A DNA stretch of 64,000 nucleotides, from assembly GCA_964016885.1 (NCBI GenBank), contig OZ024742.1:27962001-28026000 (forward strand), written 5' to 3'. Of this stretch, positions 38,346 to 52,917 are shown piece by piece (the stretch's first letter is position 1; every line of letters begins with the position of its first letter). The translations under genes and the position numbers were made by a program. The notes beneath the pieces are model-generated. The model was not told the origin of the DNA. It made no database searches and saw only the letters and a list, made by a program, of their open reading frames with translations. The stretch is from Eledone cirrhosa (lineage: Eukaryota).

Positions 38346-39020
38346 AAAATTAGTAGAGAACTGAGGTTGGAATACTGATTCCGTTGTTATCAGCACCTTT
38401 GAAATGTTTGCTATTTTATACATGTGTATACATATACAAATATACATAAATATATGTGTGTGTGTGTGTGTGTGTGTTTGTGTATGTGTGCATACATATC
38501 CCCACCATCACCATTGCTACAATCATTTTCATCATCATCTCACTCACACACACACATATATATATATATCATCACCGTTTTACGTCTGTTCTTCCACGCT
38601 AGCATGGGTTAGACGGGTTGTCCTGTTGTGGGCAGTGTCCAGTCGGCTGACCTTGTCTTGCCCATACAGGAAATGATTCTGGCTTGATTTCTACAACTGG
38701 ATGCCCTTCCTAACACCAACCTCATTTAGAGAGTGGGCTGGGTGCTTTTTTGCCGTGGCACCTCCACGACCACTTTACAGAGTGGTCTGGGTGCTTTTTT
38801 GCTGTGGCACCTCCACGTATATATATATATAGAGAGATGTGAGAAAAACCACAGACCCTCCATCTCAACTCTACTTTTCAAAAGCAGAAGAACTGTGAAA
38901 CCGATAAAGGAACCAAATAAATATATTTTTTTTTAAATAAGACTCCAGTTGCATTTTCGATTTCATTTTTTTTTCTCTCTCTCTATATATATATATGTAA
39001 TAAACAACATAAGATAATTA

Positions 39021-39080
39021 TTTCATTTACCAGTGGTTTCTTGAAAGCAAACAAATTTGCTTTCAGTCATCAGAATGGAA
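39021..39080 (-). ncRNA. Type I hammerhead ribozyme motif within palindrome 38994-39267 (plus-strand partner 39181-39239 has GGAA instead of GAAA)
   Basis: TTCCATT-CTGATGA-CTGAAAGCAAA..TTTGCTTTCAA-GAAA-CC-ACT-GG-TA-AATGAAA. Confidence 0.8.
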
Positions 39081-39351
39081 AAAACCCCGGTGTTTTTATT
39101 GAATGTGGATTTGAAAATCCACATTCAATAAAAACATGTGGACTTTCAAAACCACATTTAATAAAAACACCAGCGTTTTATCCATTCTGATGACTGAAAG
39201 CAAATTTGTTTGCTTTCAAGGAACCACTGGTAAATGAAATAATTATCTTATGTTGTTTATTACATAACTAATAAGCTCTGTAACCTACATAGAGCACTCT
39301 TTTTTCCTGGACCTTTCCGACGGAATTACTTCATTCAACACACACATATAT

Positions 39352-41047
39352 ATCATCATCATCGTTTAAACGTCCGTGTTCCACGCTTGTATGGGTTTGG
39401 ACGGGAGTTTTCCCACTTCAGGCAAGAGTGGTTGTCTTGCTCGCATAGGACTGTCTGGCGGGTTTTCTACAGCTGGATGCCCTTCTTAACACCAACCACA
39501 TTTACAGTGTGGGACTGGGAGGTTTTTACCGTGTTGCCTACACGGCCAGATTACAGCATGGACTGTGTGTTTTTTTGTCGTGACACCTACACGATCTCAT
39601 TTGTTTCGGCCTAGATGTTGTGGAACCAACATAACTTTACATTGAAAGGGGCGGTGTGGATGGGGAGGGGGTGGTGTGACGGGAGCGTATTTTGTTAGAG
39701 ATGACTACTGTCTGTAGTAGGTTTACTTTGTATTTAGGCAAGGCGGGTCTTCTCTGTTACTGAGTACCGCCAAAGATCTCGGTGCAGTGACATTGTCTTG
39801 GAGAGGTGTAAGTGTGTGAAGTCGGAATTTATCAGGTCGTCCCAGGTTTTTCTGGGTCTGCCTACTCCGTGGCTACCGTCTATCTTTATTGCCCTGCACT
39901 TTTTTATACTGCTGTCGTCTTTCATGCGCATCACGTGACCATACTAACGTAGCCTTCTCTCGAGTAAACAACATCTGATCCCTCTTATTTCTAATTTTTT
40001 CCTTAGTTCGTTTATGCTTTGCCGTTCCCGTATATTACTATTACACATCCAGCGGAGCATGCAAGCTTCGTTCCTCTCTAGTCTGCGTATATCCTCTGCA
40101 CACAATGCCCAGGTCTCACTGCCATGCAACATTGCTGTTCGTATGCAGGCATCATACAACCTGCCTTTCATTTTTAGGGAGAATACTTTAGCGGCTAATA
40201 GTGGTATAAGCTCTCTGAACTTTTTCCATCCAGGTCTGACTCTAGCTACTGTACTTTCAGATCACCCTCCCCCATGCTGATTTTGTCGCCCAGGTAACGG
40301 AAGCTGTCCACTATTTCTATAGAACCCTCTGCGCAATTGAAAGAGCTAGTATTCTGTGGGCACTTGCTGCTACTTATTGCACCAGAGCACCGGCCACATG
40401 TAAAATCTATGTTCTTAGTTAGCTTACCTGTGATCCCACTACATCTTTTATGCACCCATACTTTGCATTTGGGACATAAAATGGAGTTTCTACCTACGCC
40501 TTTCCTACACACTGAGCATGGCCATTTTCCGGAAGGGACCGGCGCCTTATTTTCTTTCCTACAAACTAGAACTTTAGTCTTAGCCAGGTTAATTTTAAGG
40601 CCTTTTGATTCTAGGCCGTGCTTCCATGTTTGGAATTTCTTCTCTAGCTCAGCCATTGATTCTGCTATGAGCGTTAGATCATCTGCGTATAGGAGTTCCC
40701 ATGGGCAGCCGGTCTTGAACTCCACTGTTATAGCCTGAAGGGCAATAATAAATAGTAGGAGGCTAAGAACAGAGCCCTGATGAACACCAACTTTTACACT
40801 AAACTCTTCACTATATTCATTGTTAATTCTAACCTTGCTGACTGTTTCTTTATACATGGCTTGTATAGCTCTCACAAGCCATTCGTCAACACCTAGTTTT
40901 CTAAGAGCCCACCAGATAATGGAACGGGGGCTCTGTCGAAGGCTTTCTCCAAGTCAACAAAAGCTAAGTATAGGGGTTTACTTTTAGCTAGGTACTTCTC
41001 CTGTAGTTGTCGTACAATGAAAAGAGCGTCTGTGGTACTTTTGCCTG
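39352..41047 (-). mobile_element. RTE LINE subfamily A, 5'-truncated, disrupted
   Basis: ORF pieces 40893-41153, 40246-40875 (LYADD, PHD-like finger), 39944-40171 and 39734-39934; (ATC)n tail; the 5' end abuts (TA)n. Confidence 0.95.
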
Positions 41048-41119
<72 letters not shown>

Positions 41120-41429
41120 CAAAGGAAATCTGGTAAGGAACCAGGTGGACCATAACGCACCAAAGTACTCAATACTTAGGGTAGTAGAGTGGGTAATAGG
41201 AACGAGTAGGACCCCGACACACACACAATCCTAACCCACCTCTCTCTCTCCTCACTCTTTTCAGAATTTCACTTTTCCTTTATCTCTCATTTCTATCTTT
41301 CTGAAAATATGTGTGTCCTTCTGTGTGGCAGATGTGTGTCTAACAGATAGGTATGAGGTACGCATTTATGTTTGTATGTATACTTATATGTGTATATATA
41401 CGTATGTAGAATTCTCTTTGTGCATATGC

Positions 41430-41473
<44 letters not shown>

Positions 41474-41590
41474 GTAATACATTATAAAGAAAGAAGAAAC
41501 ATTAGATATAAATAAAAAGATATTATATACCTAAATTCCTTCATTATCCTCGACTACGTATTGTATAAAAATAAGTATATATATATAAAG

Positions 41591-41770
41591 TTTATTACAG
41601 GACTAAAACTGTTTCATTCGAAAGAAATCATCAGGTAAGTCCTGGGCTTTCGAATGAAGCAGTTCTAATCCTGTAGAAGCCATTCCTATATTAAACTTGA
41701 TATTTACACTCTATTAATATATTGAGTACCTTACGTACTGTGATTGCCCTCAATTGAACCTGGGGCTCAC
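41591..41770. mobile_element. Foldback hammerhead element (family of 17921-18125); minus-strand core CTGATGA-TTTCTTTCGAAT-GAAA-CAG..CTG-TA
   Basis: Same core and ATTGAGTAC (41721) as the 17.9-kb copy; stem I decayed. Confidence 0.7.
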
Positions 41771-43257
41771 ATATATATGTGTGCCTGTGCGTACAGTGTG
41801 CCTGTAAATAGATGTGTGTATGTATATGTGTTATATATATATATATATATATATCTGTGTGTGTGTATGTATGTGGGGTGTCAATGTTTATGTGTGTGTC
41901 TGTATGTATGTATCTACATAAACGAGTTATTTAGTCAATCATGTTTATAATTTAATGATAAAATCAACATGTAGAAAAACTTTCATCAAATTTAAAATAG
42001 GGTTCAGTTTTATAAACAAAGGAGTTTCTATGAAGTAAGCTTCCTGAACAAACTCCTTATTGTCTATAAAATAAGGTATCCAGGGGCCGGTCATGGACTG
42101 TTTTGACAGAATAATCAACCTGTTTAATCTAGCAGCTAATTCTTATTTAACGAACTTCCAGCTGTCTTTGAAATAAGTGATTATATTTGGCTAGTAAGGG
42201 TTGGCTATATAGCTATTTGATCTGCTCCTAACTAACAAGGGGATCTCTTTCAGGAAGCTTCCCTACTGCTATTAGAATGACAACCACCTGATTGAGACAG
42301 GGTGTGTAGGGGCAGGGAGATGAGGGAGAGTGGGAGATATATAGGGGAGAGAGGGTGGAGAGAATGGGTCAGAGATATAGGAAGATTGACAGACAGAGAG
42401 ATAGATAAAGAGAGAGGTAGAGTGGGAGGTGCAGATGGGGACAGAAAGAGAGGCAAAGCCTGAGAAAGGGTGATAGAAGGAGAGAGAGATTTCATTCTTA
42501 ATAATTGTTTCTATTTTTGGCACAAGGCCAGCAATAACCCAGTACATTACTGGTACTTTATTTTATCGACCCTGTAAGGATGAAATGCAAAGTTAACCTC
42601 GGTGGGATTTGCCAAGTCATGGCATATCAATTGATCTGCTAGATATAGCAGCTAAATTTCCCTCAAATCACACCCGACCATCTTAAAGAAAAGAAGATAT
42701 ATTCGATAATGATGTCTTAGATACAGCATTTCTGAAAACAAAAATATATGATGGACATAGGTAAAATGTCTTTTAAATATATATCTGCTAAATCAAAGCT
42801 AACTTCAGAGTATATAACAACAATCATATGAACAAACCACTCATGCATGGTTGAGTGGTTAAGGAGTTCACTTCACAACCATGAGGTTCTAGTTTTAGCC
42901 ATACTGTATAGCACCTTGAACAAGTACATCATTAGCAATAAGGCGAAAAAGGGTTAAGTTTTTAAACTGATAACTCCACTGCAAACTTGACTTATGCAGA
43001 ACTTTCTGCAACTGACTTGGTAGACACCCACAAGATTATTAACCATCTTTTCAACAATAACCATGAGCACTTTTTGAATTCCACATTGCAAATGTGGTTG
43101 ATGTTAGGAAGGGCATCCAGCTTTAGAAAACCTGCCAGATAGTCCTATAGGAGCGAGATACGGTCACCCGATCAATCTTGCCTCAAGTGGGACAATTCCC
43201 ATCTAACCCATGCTAGCATGGAAGATAGACGTTAAACGATGATGATGATGATGATAA

Positions 43258-43620
43258 TGGTGTCTAACATCTTTGGACATGCTTACAAAATCAGAAAACA
43301 GTACGGCTCCAATGACTTTCAGAAACACTTTTTGATGCTGAGAGTTGCTGAATCATGGAACAAACTAGCTGCATCTGTTATTAGCTGTTAGGCCACTGCA
43401 TCCTTCAAAACTTCCATACATCCCAAAATTTGCCAGCATTACACCTGATATTCCTTTTCCGTACACATATACATGTGTGTGTGAGTGCATATCTAGGTGA
43501 TATCATGACCCATTACCCTGTTCGCTTCCTGACATTCGTACATTATTCTATGTACTATACATGCAACTTTGATGAGTTGTAGTGCACCTGAGCACTGTAC
43601 ACAATAATTTTCATTATCAT
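43258..43620 (+). mobile_element. CR1-clade LINE 3' end (same tail at about 11320-11440 minus and 44915-45015 plus)
   Basis: GHAYKIRKQ..FQKHFL.LRVAESWNKL..SFK resembles the CR1 RGH.KL..FF..RV..WN.LP..FK terminus. Confidence 0.7.
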
Positions 43621-43719
43621 AGACATATATGTAATGTGAGATATATGTATATATGAATGCGTGAGTATATGTGTATATGTGAATGTGTATCTATATGTAT
43701 ATATGAACATATATATACT

Positions 43720-44862
43720 TTGCATTTTATGTCCCAAATGCAAAGTATGGGTGCATAAAAGATGTAGTGGGATCACAGGTAAGCTAACTAAGAATATAGA
43801 TTTTATATGTGGCCGGTGCTCTGGTGCAATAAGTAGCAGCAAGTGCCCACAGAATACTAGCTCATTCCATTGCACAGATGGTTCTATAGAAATAGTGGAC
43901 ACCTTCCGTTACCTGGGTGACAAAATCAGCAGTGGTGGAGGGTGCTCTGAAAGAACAGTAGCTAGAGTCAGAACGGGATGGAAAAAGTTCAGAGAGCTTA
44001 TACCACTATTGGCCGCTAAAGGGTTCTCTCTAAGAATGAAAGGCAGGCTGTATGATGCCTGCATACGAACAGCAATGTTACATGGCAGTGAGACCTGGGC
44101 ATTGTGTGCAGAGGATATACGCAGACTGGAGAGGAATGAAGCTTGCATGCTCCGCTGGATGTGTAATAGTAATATACATGAACGGCAAAGCATAAACGAA
44201 CTAAGGGAGAAATTAGGAATAAGAGGGATCAGATGCTGTTTACTCGAGAGAAGACTATGTTGATACGGTCACGTGATGTGCATGAAAGACGACAGCTGTA
44301 TAAAAAAAGTGCAGGGCAATAAAAATAGATGGTAGCCACGGAGTAGGCAGATCCAGAAAAACCTGGGACGACTTGATAAATTCCGACCTCACACACTTAC
44401 ATCTCTCCAAGACAATGTCACTGGACCAAGATTTTTGGCACTACACAGTAATACAGAAGACCCGCCTTGCCTAAGTACAAAGCGAAACCTAGAGTCAATA
44501 GGCACCTCTAACAAAAATACACCCCCATCCCACTACCCCCCACCCCACCCCCCACCCCTTAAATGTGAAGTTATGTTGGTACCACAACATCCAATCCGAA
44601 ACAAATGAGGTCGTGTAGGTGTCATGACAAAAAAACACACAGTCCACGCTGTAATGTGGCCGTGTAGGTAACACGGTAAAAACCTCCCAGTCCACACTGT
44701 AAACGTGGTTGGTGTTAGGAAGGGCATCCAGCTGTAGAAAACCCGCCAGACAGTCCTATGCGAGCAAGACAACCAATCTTGCCTCAAGTGGGAAAATTCA
44801 CGTCCAAACCCATGCAAGCGTGGAAGATGGACGTTAAATGATGATGATGATGATGATGATAT
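43720..44862 (+). mobile_element. RTE LINE subfamily A 3' fragment
   Basis: ORF 43661-44263 from ILCPKC onward, 3' UTR, (GAT)n. Confidence 0.93.
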
Positions 44863-45337
44863 ATATATTCCCCCTCCATACACATGCATGTATGTGTGTG
44901 TCTGTGTGTATATCCTGACTCATACTATGTTTACTTTCCTGACATGTGTACATTATTCTATGAACTATAAATGCACCTTTGATGAGTTGTAGTGCACCTG
45001 AGCATCATTTTCATTATTTCATATTTCATTTCATGTTATATTGCTATACATGACATTGTCAGTCACATGACATGTCCATAGAAGTTAAACTTTGCTAAAT
45101 ATTCCATTCCATTTGCAAAATATAATTAGTCACATTATTAACCTCATCAAATGTTTTTTATTGTTATTTATATTTAATTAGTCAACATTGGTGGTAGAGT
45201 GGTGGGGGTGGCAATGGGGTGAATATTTATTTATCGGTAATGTTAGTAATGGAAGATTTTCTGATCATCTTACAGTGCCATCTTCATTATATATTATTGA
45301 AGATTAAGAATACAAAATATTACAAAAAAAACATAAC

Positions 45338-45390
<53 letters not shown>

Positions 45391-46320
45391 TAACAATGAT
45401 GACGTTTGTCGAGTTTAACAATTAGAAGACTGAGTAATTAAATATAATTATAATAGAAACACGATGAGGTTAATTGCTCTTGCTAATTACTTCTTGTATA
45501 ATCCCTTATCATCTCACAGTCATCAAAAATGTAGTTAACTCAATATAGAGTCACAGGTATCATCTGAATTTCAGATCAGGTGTCAAATTAATGGCTACAG
45601 AGGTGAATGTCCATATCCCCATCTGTGCTAGCTTGCTGTATTTTCTATTGTATCTTTATGGTCAAGACATCTCTCTCACACCAATCCAATACATATGGCA
45701 ATAAAGACATACCATAGCAGACAGACAGGAAGGAAGGAAGGAAGGGACCTCCGTCAGTTGTGATGATGACTGTTCTAATTATTCAACTAAAGGAACAGCC
45801 TGTTCATGAAATTAATATGCAAGTGGCCAAGTATTCTATAAATACTCAAGCACTTAACATATTAATTGTTTGGTCAATGGAGCAGCCTGCTCATGAAATT
45901 AACATCAAGTAGCTGAGGAGCATTCTAAAAATACTCATACACTTAATGTGGTTCTCAGGGAGATTCAACAGGACACAATGTGTGACAAGGCTGGTTCATG
46001 GAATTAGAAGTACAGTTCATCTGATGGGCTTCCAAACTAATTTCCTTCAAATGACATGTGTGACATGTGTGACCAAGGATATGTTATATGACACATGACC
46101 AAGGTGCCATATAGTGGAATTGAACCTAAGATCTAATGATTGCAAAGCAAATTCTTTAATCATTCAGACATGCTGTGTCCACAAATACATACATATATAC
46201 ATATTTATATATAATATATATGTGTATGTGTACGTGAAATGTAAACAAAAATAATAAAGCAAATGGCACAGTACATTGGAGAAATATACTAGTTTAACGC
46301 TTGAAATAGCAGGGAAAGTG

Positions 46321-46356
46321 TCTTAACGTTTCAGACACTAGTCCTTCATCAGAAGA
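46321..46356 (-). ncRNA. Minimal hammerhead ribozyme motif in a ~250-bp repeat (decayed relatives near 21165, 25575, 26915, 60730)
   Basis: TCTT-CTGATGA-A-GGAC-TAGT-GTCT-GAAA-CG-TT-AAGA; ACGT palindrome in stem III. Confidence 0.7.
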
Positions 46357-46626
46357 TATAGTTAGAAATAGAAGATAAAGAGAAAGATAAAAAGTGAGAA
46401 GAGGAAGGAAAGGGAAATAAATGAGAAAAAAAAGGGGTGGGGGAATAACACACATACATATTCAGTCAGCCATTTTGGAGATGTGTATGTTTAATATTTG
46501 TTTATGTTCATACATGGAACAAAAGCACTAACTAAGATTTAAAAGCCCAATATTGACTATATCCCCAGAATGTAAAAGTAATCAAAATTGTGACTTATCT
46601 TCGGACATTTATGCGAGTTTCTCTCT

Positions 46627-46684
<58 letters not shown>

Positions 46685-46715
46685 GATTTTAGTCTTCACA
46701 TTTATTATTATTACT

Positions 46716-49480
46716 ATCATCATCATCATCATCACCGTTTTACGTCCGTTCTTCCACGCTAGCATGGGTTAGACGGGTTGTCCTGTTGTGGGCAGTGTCT
46801 GGTCGGCTGACCATGCCTTGCTCATACAGGAACTGATCTGGCTTGATTTCTACAGCTGGATGCCCTTCCTAACACCAACCTCATTTACAGTGAGTGCTGG
46901 GTGCTTTTTCGTGGCGCCTACACGTCCACTTTACAGTGTGGGCTGGGTGCTTTTTTGCCGTGGCACCTCCACGACCACCTTGCGGTGGGGGGGGGGGGGG
47001 GCATATTGTTTATATGCTTCAGCATGTACCCATGGGAGGTCGGGTACCCTGTATTACTGTGTGACGCCAGAAGTCACGGTCGTGTGTCATTGACTTTGAG
47101 AGGTGTAGTTGGGTAAGGTCGGCTTTTATCACCTCATCCCAAGTCATCTTGGGTCTCCCCACTCCGCGGTTTCCATCAACTTCTAGTGCTCTGCACCTTT
47201 TTATGCAGCTGTCATCCTTCATACGCATCACATGTCCATACCAGCGTAACCGCCTCTCCTGCACGCAGCATTTGATTCCTCTTATGCTCAGTCTCTCTCT
47301 CAATTCCTTTATGCTTTGTCGTTCACGTATATTACTGTTACACATCCATCGGAGCATGCAGGCTTCGTTTCTCTCTAATCTACGTAAGTCTTCCACCTTC
47401 AGCGCCCAGGTCTCACTACCATGCAACATCGCTGTTCGGATACACGCATCATACAGTCTGCCTTTCATTCTGAGGGAGAAGCCTTTTGCAGCTAGCAGTG
47501 GTAGTAGTTCCCTAAACTTCTTCCATCCCGTTCTTACCCTAGTTATTGTACTTTCTGAGCACCCACCTCCGTTGCTAATTCGGTCACCTAGGTAGCAGAA
47601 GCTGTCTACTGTTTCTACAGGGCCCTCCCAGAGATTGGTGGTACTTGTTTCCTGTGGCTGTTTGCTTGCTGTTTCAGCACAGCTGCTGCATGTGAATCCT
47701 ACATTCTTAATTAAGCTTCCTGAGATTCCGCTACATCTCTTGTGTACCCATTGTTTGCATTTGGGGCAGAGAATGGAGTTCCTACCTACACCTTTCCTAC
47801 ATACTGAGCAAGGCCATTTCCCTGAGGGGATCTGGGTTATGTTTTCTCGTCTACTTATAAGGACCTTAGTCTTTGTCATGTTGACTTTGAGGCCCTTTCT
47901 CTCTAGTCCCTGCTTCCAGGTTTGGAATTTATTCTCTAGTTCTACCATAGATTCAGCTATGAGTGTGAGGTCATCAGCATACAGGAGTTCCCATGGGCAT
48001 CCGGTCTTAAACTCCTCCGTTATTGCCTGCAGGACTATGATGAACAGGAGAGGGCTAAGAACAGAGCCCTGGTGGACCCCAACCTGTACGCTAAATTCCT
48101 CGCTATACTCATTGCCAATCCTAACTTTGCTGACTGCTCCCCTATACATGGCTTGTACCGCTTTCACAAGCCATTCATCTACTCCTAGTTTTCTAAGAGC
48201 CCACCAGATTACTGCACGTGGAACTCTGTCAAAGGCTTTCTCAAGGTCGACAAATGCCAAGTAGAGTGGCTTACTTTTAGCTAGGTACTTTTCCTGTAAT
48301 TGCCTCACAAGGAAGAGGGCATCAGTGGTGCCTCTCCCTGGTACAAACCCAAATTGCATCTCGTCTATATTCACCCGGTCCCTAATCAGCTGTGCTATAA
48401 CTCTTTCTGTTACTTTCATGACCTGGTCCATCAACTTTATACCTCTATAGTTTCCTCTATCTAGTGCATCGCCTTTACCTTTGTAGCAGTTGACAATGAT
48501 GCTACTGCACCAATCTTTTGGTATGGCTCCCTCTAGTATTACCTGGTTAACGATACGTGTGGTTATAGTGTGACCTACAGACCCAGATGCCTTCAGCATC
48601 TCGGCAGCTATACCCGATGGACCGGTTGCCTTCCCTATCTTCATATCTCTGATTGCCTTACTTACTACGCTGCCGCTGACTTGTACTGCTGGTCCCTCTA
48701 TAGGGTCTACGTGGGGTAGGGTCTCTTCTTCCCATGCATTCTCCTCATTTAGTAATCTATCATAATGACTCTTCCATGCATCTTTCTTCTCAGCACTTGT
48801 GAGGGCAAGCTCACCTTTATCATTCCGGATACACTTCTCTCCAATGACATCACAACTATCTCTGACACACTGCCTCGCAATCTTGAATACCTCCTGTTTC
48901 TGGTCCTCACGTTGTAAAACATGCTTGAATTTTCTATCCTCTGCTTCCCTCCTAGCTAAGTATACTTGTCGCCTAGCTTCCCTCTTGGTCTCTATGTAAT
49001 GTACCCTGCTCCCCCCATTCTTCCATTCTTTCCATGCCTGTCTCTTGGCCTTGACTGCTTCATCTATCTTATTGTTCCACCACCAAGTCACTCTCCTCCT
49101 GCTTGAGGTCTTACTCCAGCCACAAACCTCATCCGTCGCCTCTAGTAAGTTATTTTTTAGGAACTCCCAGTTCTCTTCTACGTTAAATGTCTCTATCTGT
49201 TCTTCTTTACTGTCGTAGGCGTTGAGTAAAATATCTTTAAATCTGTTACTGGTTGAGGGGACTTTCAGCTTCCAGATCTTTCTTCTCCAGGTTGGCCTCT
49301 GTTTCAGGGCTCGTCTAGTTCTGACCGTGAGGTCGCTGACAACTAAGCTATGTTGGGATGTACATTCCTCACTAGGGAAGGCTTTTGTGTTTACGACCGT
49401 CCATCTGTCACGTCCTCTGATGAGGATAAAATCTAACTGACTAGAGTGCTCCCCTGATCTATAGGTGATCAGGTGGTTGT
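46716..49480 (-). mobile_element. RTE LINE subfamily B, longest copy; uninterrupted frame from the APE C-terminus through RT and PHD-like finger
   Basis: Frame open from about 49478 (HLITYRSGEHSSQLDFILI..SQHSLVV, APE motifs) to the stop at 47019; includes the 690-aa ORF with LYADD. Confidence 0.97.
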
Positions 49481-49729
49481 CGGGTTTTTTTTACTATATA
49501 TATATATATAGTTATGTAATAAACAACATAAGACAATTATTCCATTTACCTAAGGTTTCACCAAGACAGACAAGCTCAACACAGACGCCTGTGTTGAGCT
49601 TGTCTGTCTTGGTGAAACCTTTGGTAAATGGAATAATTTATTACATAATTAAATAGCTCTGTAACCTACATAGAGCAATCTCCTTTCCTTTACCTTTCCT
49701 ACGGAAACACTTAATATATATATATCTAT

Positions 49730-50060
49730 GGAGGCACATGGCTTAGTGGTTAGAGCATTGGCCTTGCAATCGAAAGGTTGTGAGTTCAATTCCGGGTGAT
49801 GTGTTGTTTCCTTGAGCAAGACACTTTATTTCACATTGCTCCAGTTTACTCAGCTGTAGAAATGAGATGATAGGGACTGGGGTCCCTATCATTCCACTGC
49901 AAAGTGGTCGTGGAGGTGCCATGGCAAAAAAGAATCCAGTCCACACTGTAAATGAGGTTGGTGTTAGAAAGGGCATCCAGCTGTAGAAATCAAGCCAGAA
50001 TCAGTTTCCGTCCCACCCTTGATAAGCAGGGAAAAGCGGACGTAAAATGATGATGATGAT
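49730..50060 (+). mobile_element. SINE family 2
   Basis: As 16207-16550. Confidence 0.9.
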
Positions 50061-50227
50061 ATATTATGTATATATATATTATATATATATATATCATTGT
50101 GACTGGTTGATTGTATTAACAATGGAAAAGGCAATAAAAATATTGTTTTCTTGGTCTGATTTGATGAGTTCCACCTCACTTAGTAACGGAATAAGGTTTC
50201 AGAATTTGTCAATTGATTAAAGAAAGG

Positions 50228-50260
<33 letters not shown>

Positions 50261-50263
<3 letters not shown>

Positions 50264-50604
50264 TTGGTAGACACAATGTGCAGAAGTCATTTATATATAT
50301 GTGAGTGTAATACACTCTCTTTCTTTTAAGTGTGAAACTAATATGACTTAATGTTAATACATCCTCTTGTTCGCTCGTTCCTTGTTTCCATGGTGTATAT
50401 ATATATATCATCATCATCATTTTACGAAAAGCGGATGTAAAATGATGATGATGATGATATATATATATACACCATGGAAACAAGGAACGAGCGAACAAGA
50501 GGATGTATTAACATTAAGTCATATTAGTTTCACACTTAAAAGAAAGAGAGTGTATTACACTCACATATATATAATAGATTTCTGCACATTGTGTCTACCA
50601 AATT
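50261..50604. repeat. Palindrome with about 165-bp arms centred on a SINE/LINE 3' terminus
   Basis: AATTTGGTAGACACAATGTGCAGAA..(ATC)nTTTAC-GAAAAGCGGAT-GTAAA(ATG)n..TTCTGCACATTGTGTCTACCAAATT. Confidence 0.9.
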
Positions 50605-51419
50605 TCCTTCATAATGTACTGATCAACCTGAGATCAAACTCAGAACCACATGATTTCAAAGTGAATATATTCACCACACAGTTATGCCCTATCCTTTCCT
50701 TACAACAATACAACTAGAGTTTGCTCCTACATCATCTGTAGCAATTTTATTTAGATCCTGGCCAAGTAAGCAATTTTAGAGAGAGTTAATTCTGATAGCC
50801 ACATAATGCTGTCCTAGTGACAGGCTATAAACTATGAGCATTGACCTTATGGATGGTAGTCTACTATTGTAGCCATTGGGCTATTAATGTCATTCATCTA
50901 ATGTTTAGAAACATTAGCCCTCCTTTTTCCATCCATAACAGTAATTTTTACTTCCATATAATTTCTAGTGTCCAATGCCCAAAGTTTTATGTCAAATATA
51001 TACAAGCCATTACATATATTATCATCTATATATAGAGAGAGTTAGTTCCACAACATATATATATATATATATGTGTGTGTGTGCATGTATATATATATAC
51101 ACACACACAGGCACACAGACATATATATACACATACAAAGCAAATATAAAATGTACAATGATGAGTGTTATGTTTGTGAGATCATGTACATGGTAAAACT
51201 ATGATCAAAGGGAAAAAAGAACTCAATACTGCATTATTGTGTGTCATACGCAATAAATGAAAGGACTGGTGTCAGGAAGGTTATCCATCTATAATAGCCT
51301 GCCTTGAAATATTCCATCTAACCCATGCTAATATGGAAACATGGACAAAAAGTGATGACGATGATGATGAAATGTGTGTGCATGTGGACATAAAGGCTAT
51401 GATGATGATGAAGATGGAT

Positions 51420-52053
51420 ATATGTGTATATGTGTGCATGCGTGTGTGTGTGTATGTATGTGCGTGTATGTGTATGTATGTACGTATGTGTGTGTATGCA
51501 TGTGTATGTATGTATGTGTGTGTATGTATGTGTATGTATGTGTATGTATGTGTGTGTATGTATGTGTGTACATATGTGTATGTATGTATGTATGTATATG
51601 TATGTGTATGTATGTGTGTACGTATGTGTGTACGTATGTGTGTGTACGTATGTATATATGTATATGCATGTGTGTGTATGTATGTGTGTGTGTACGTATG
51701 TGTATGTATGTATGTATGTGTATGTATGTGTATGCTTGTGTGTGTATGTATGTGTGTCTACGTATGTGCGTGTATGTGTATGTATGTATGTATGTGTGTG
51801 TATGTATGTGTATGCATGTGTGTGTATGTATGTGTATGTATGTGTATGTATGTATGTGTGTGTACGTATGTGTGTGTATGTATGTGTATGCATGTGTGTG
51901 CATGTGTGTGTGTATGTATGTGTACGTATGTGTGTATGCATGTGTATGTATGTATGTATGTATGTATGTATGTGTGTATGTGTGTGTATCTATGTATGTG
52001 TATGTATGTGTATGTATGTGTGTGTATGTGTGTGTATGTATGTGTATGTATGT
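51420..52053. repeat. (TG/TATG)n compound microsatellite
   Basis: Direct inspection. Confidence 0.95.
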
Positions 52054-52409
52054 AGGTTTCATTACATTCCAGTTTTACCATGTTTGTGTCCAGCATTGCA
52101 CAATCCTCCATTTCAAGAGTACTAAACAACTATTCCCAATACTCTCGCCAGCTGATATATCCTCCTCCTCCTTCTCATCCTCTTCCTCTTCTGCTTCCTC
52201 CTCTTCTGCTTCCTTCTCATCCTTTTCCATTTCTCCTCTGTCTCATCCTCCCCCTTCCCTTCCTTCACCTTGTCCCCTCCTCTTTCTCCTCCTCTCATCC
52301 TTCACTTCCTTCTCTTCTTCTTCCTCCCCCAATCATCATCACCATCACCATCATCATCACCATCACCATCGTCACAATCATCATCCTTATAGAGTGTTAA
52401 ATACAATAC

Positions 52410-52481
52410 CATGTTGTCAAATTGTTTGATTGATAAGATGCTGCACGTTTTATTTGCAACCAATGCGGATTACGTATTACG
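52410..52481 (-). other. Possible 72-nt upstream exon of the minus-strand gene
   Basis: Long pyrimidine tract ending ttctccag, CpG-containing unique sequence, ends CATG|gtattg; no protein homology recognised. Confidence 0.3.
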
Positions 52482-52917
52482 CTGGAGAATAGCGATAAAC
52501 AAGTCACAAAAGGCAAAAAAAAGCAAAGCAAAGCAAAAAAAACAAAAAAAAAACACAGGAACGGAGCAAAGAAAGAAAAAAAAAACACCAACAAAACAAA
52601 ACAAAAGGAAACAAAACAAAAAACAAGCAGCATAATATAATATAATATAAAATAAAATAAAATAAAATAAAAGAGTAAAAACACACAGAAAAATAAATAA
52701 GATGCAAATGGTGGAAGAAGGGTTCGGAGATTATCAAATTCAACAAAGGGTTAGAGACTATATATTTGGTTCATGAATATTAACTACATACAATGTGTGG
52801 CCAGTAGAAATGTTTGAAACTATCCACTCTTTCAGTTTACTTCCATCTCATCCAGTTTTTATTTCATTTTATTGTTGTTTTAAACAGATACCAAATCAAT
52901 CAGAAGGTAGAGAGAAC

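Noticed and set aside
47149-48264. Antisense ORFs over LINE copies
   Set aside because: Shadow frames of the RT ORF; no independent evidence of coding.
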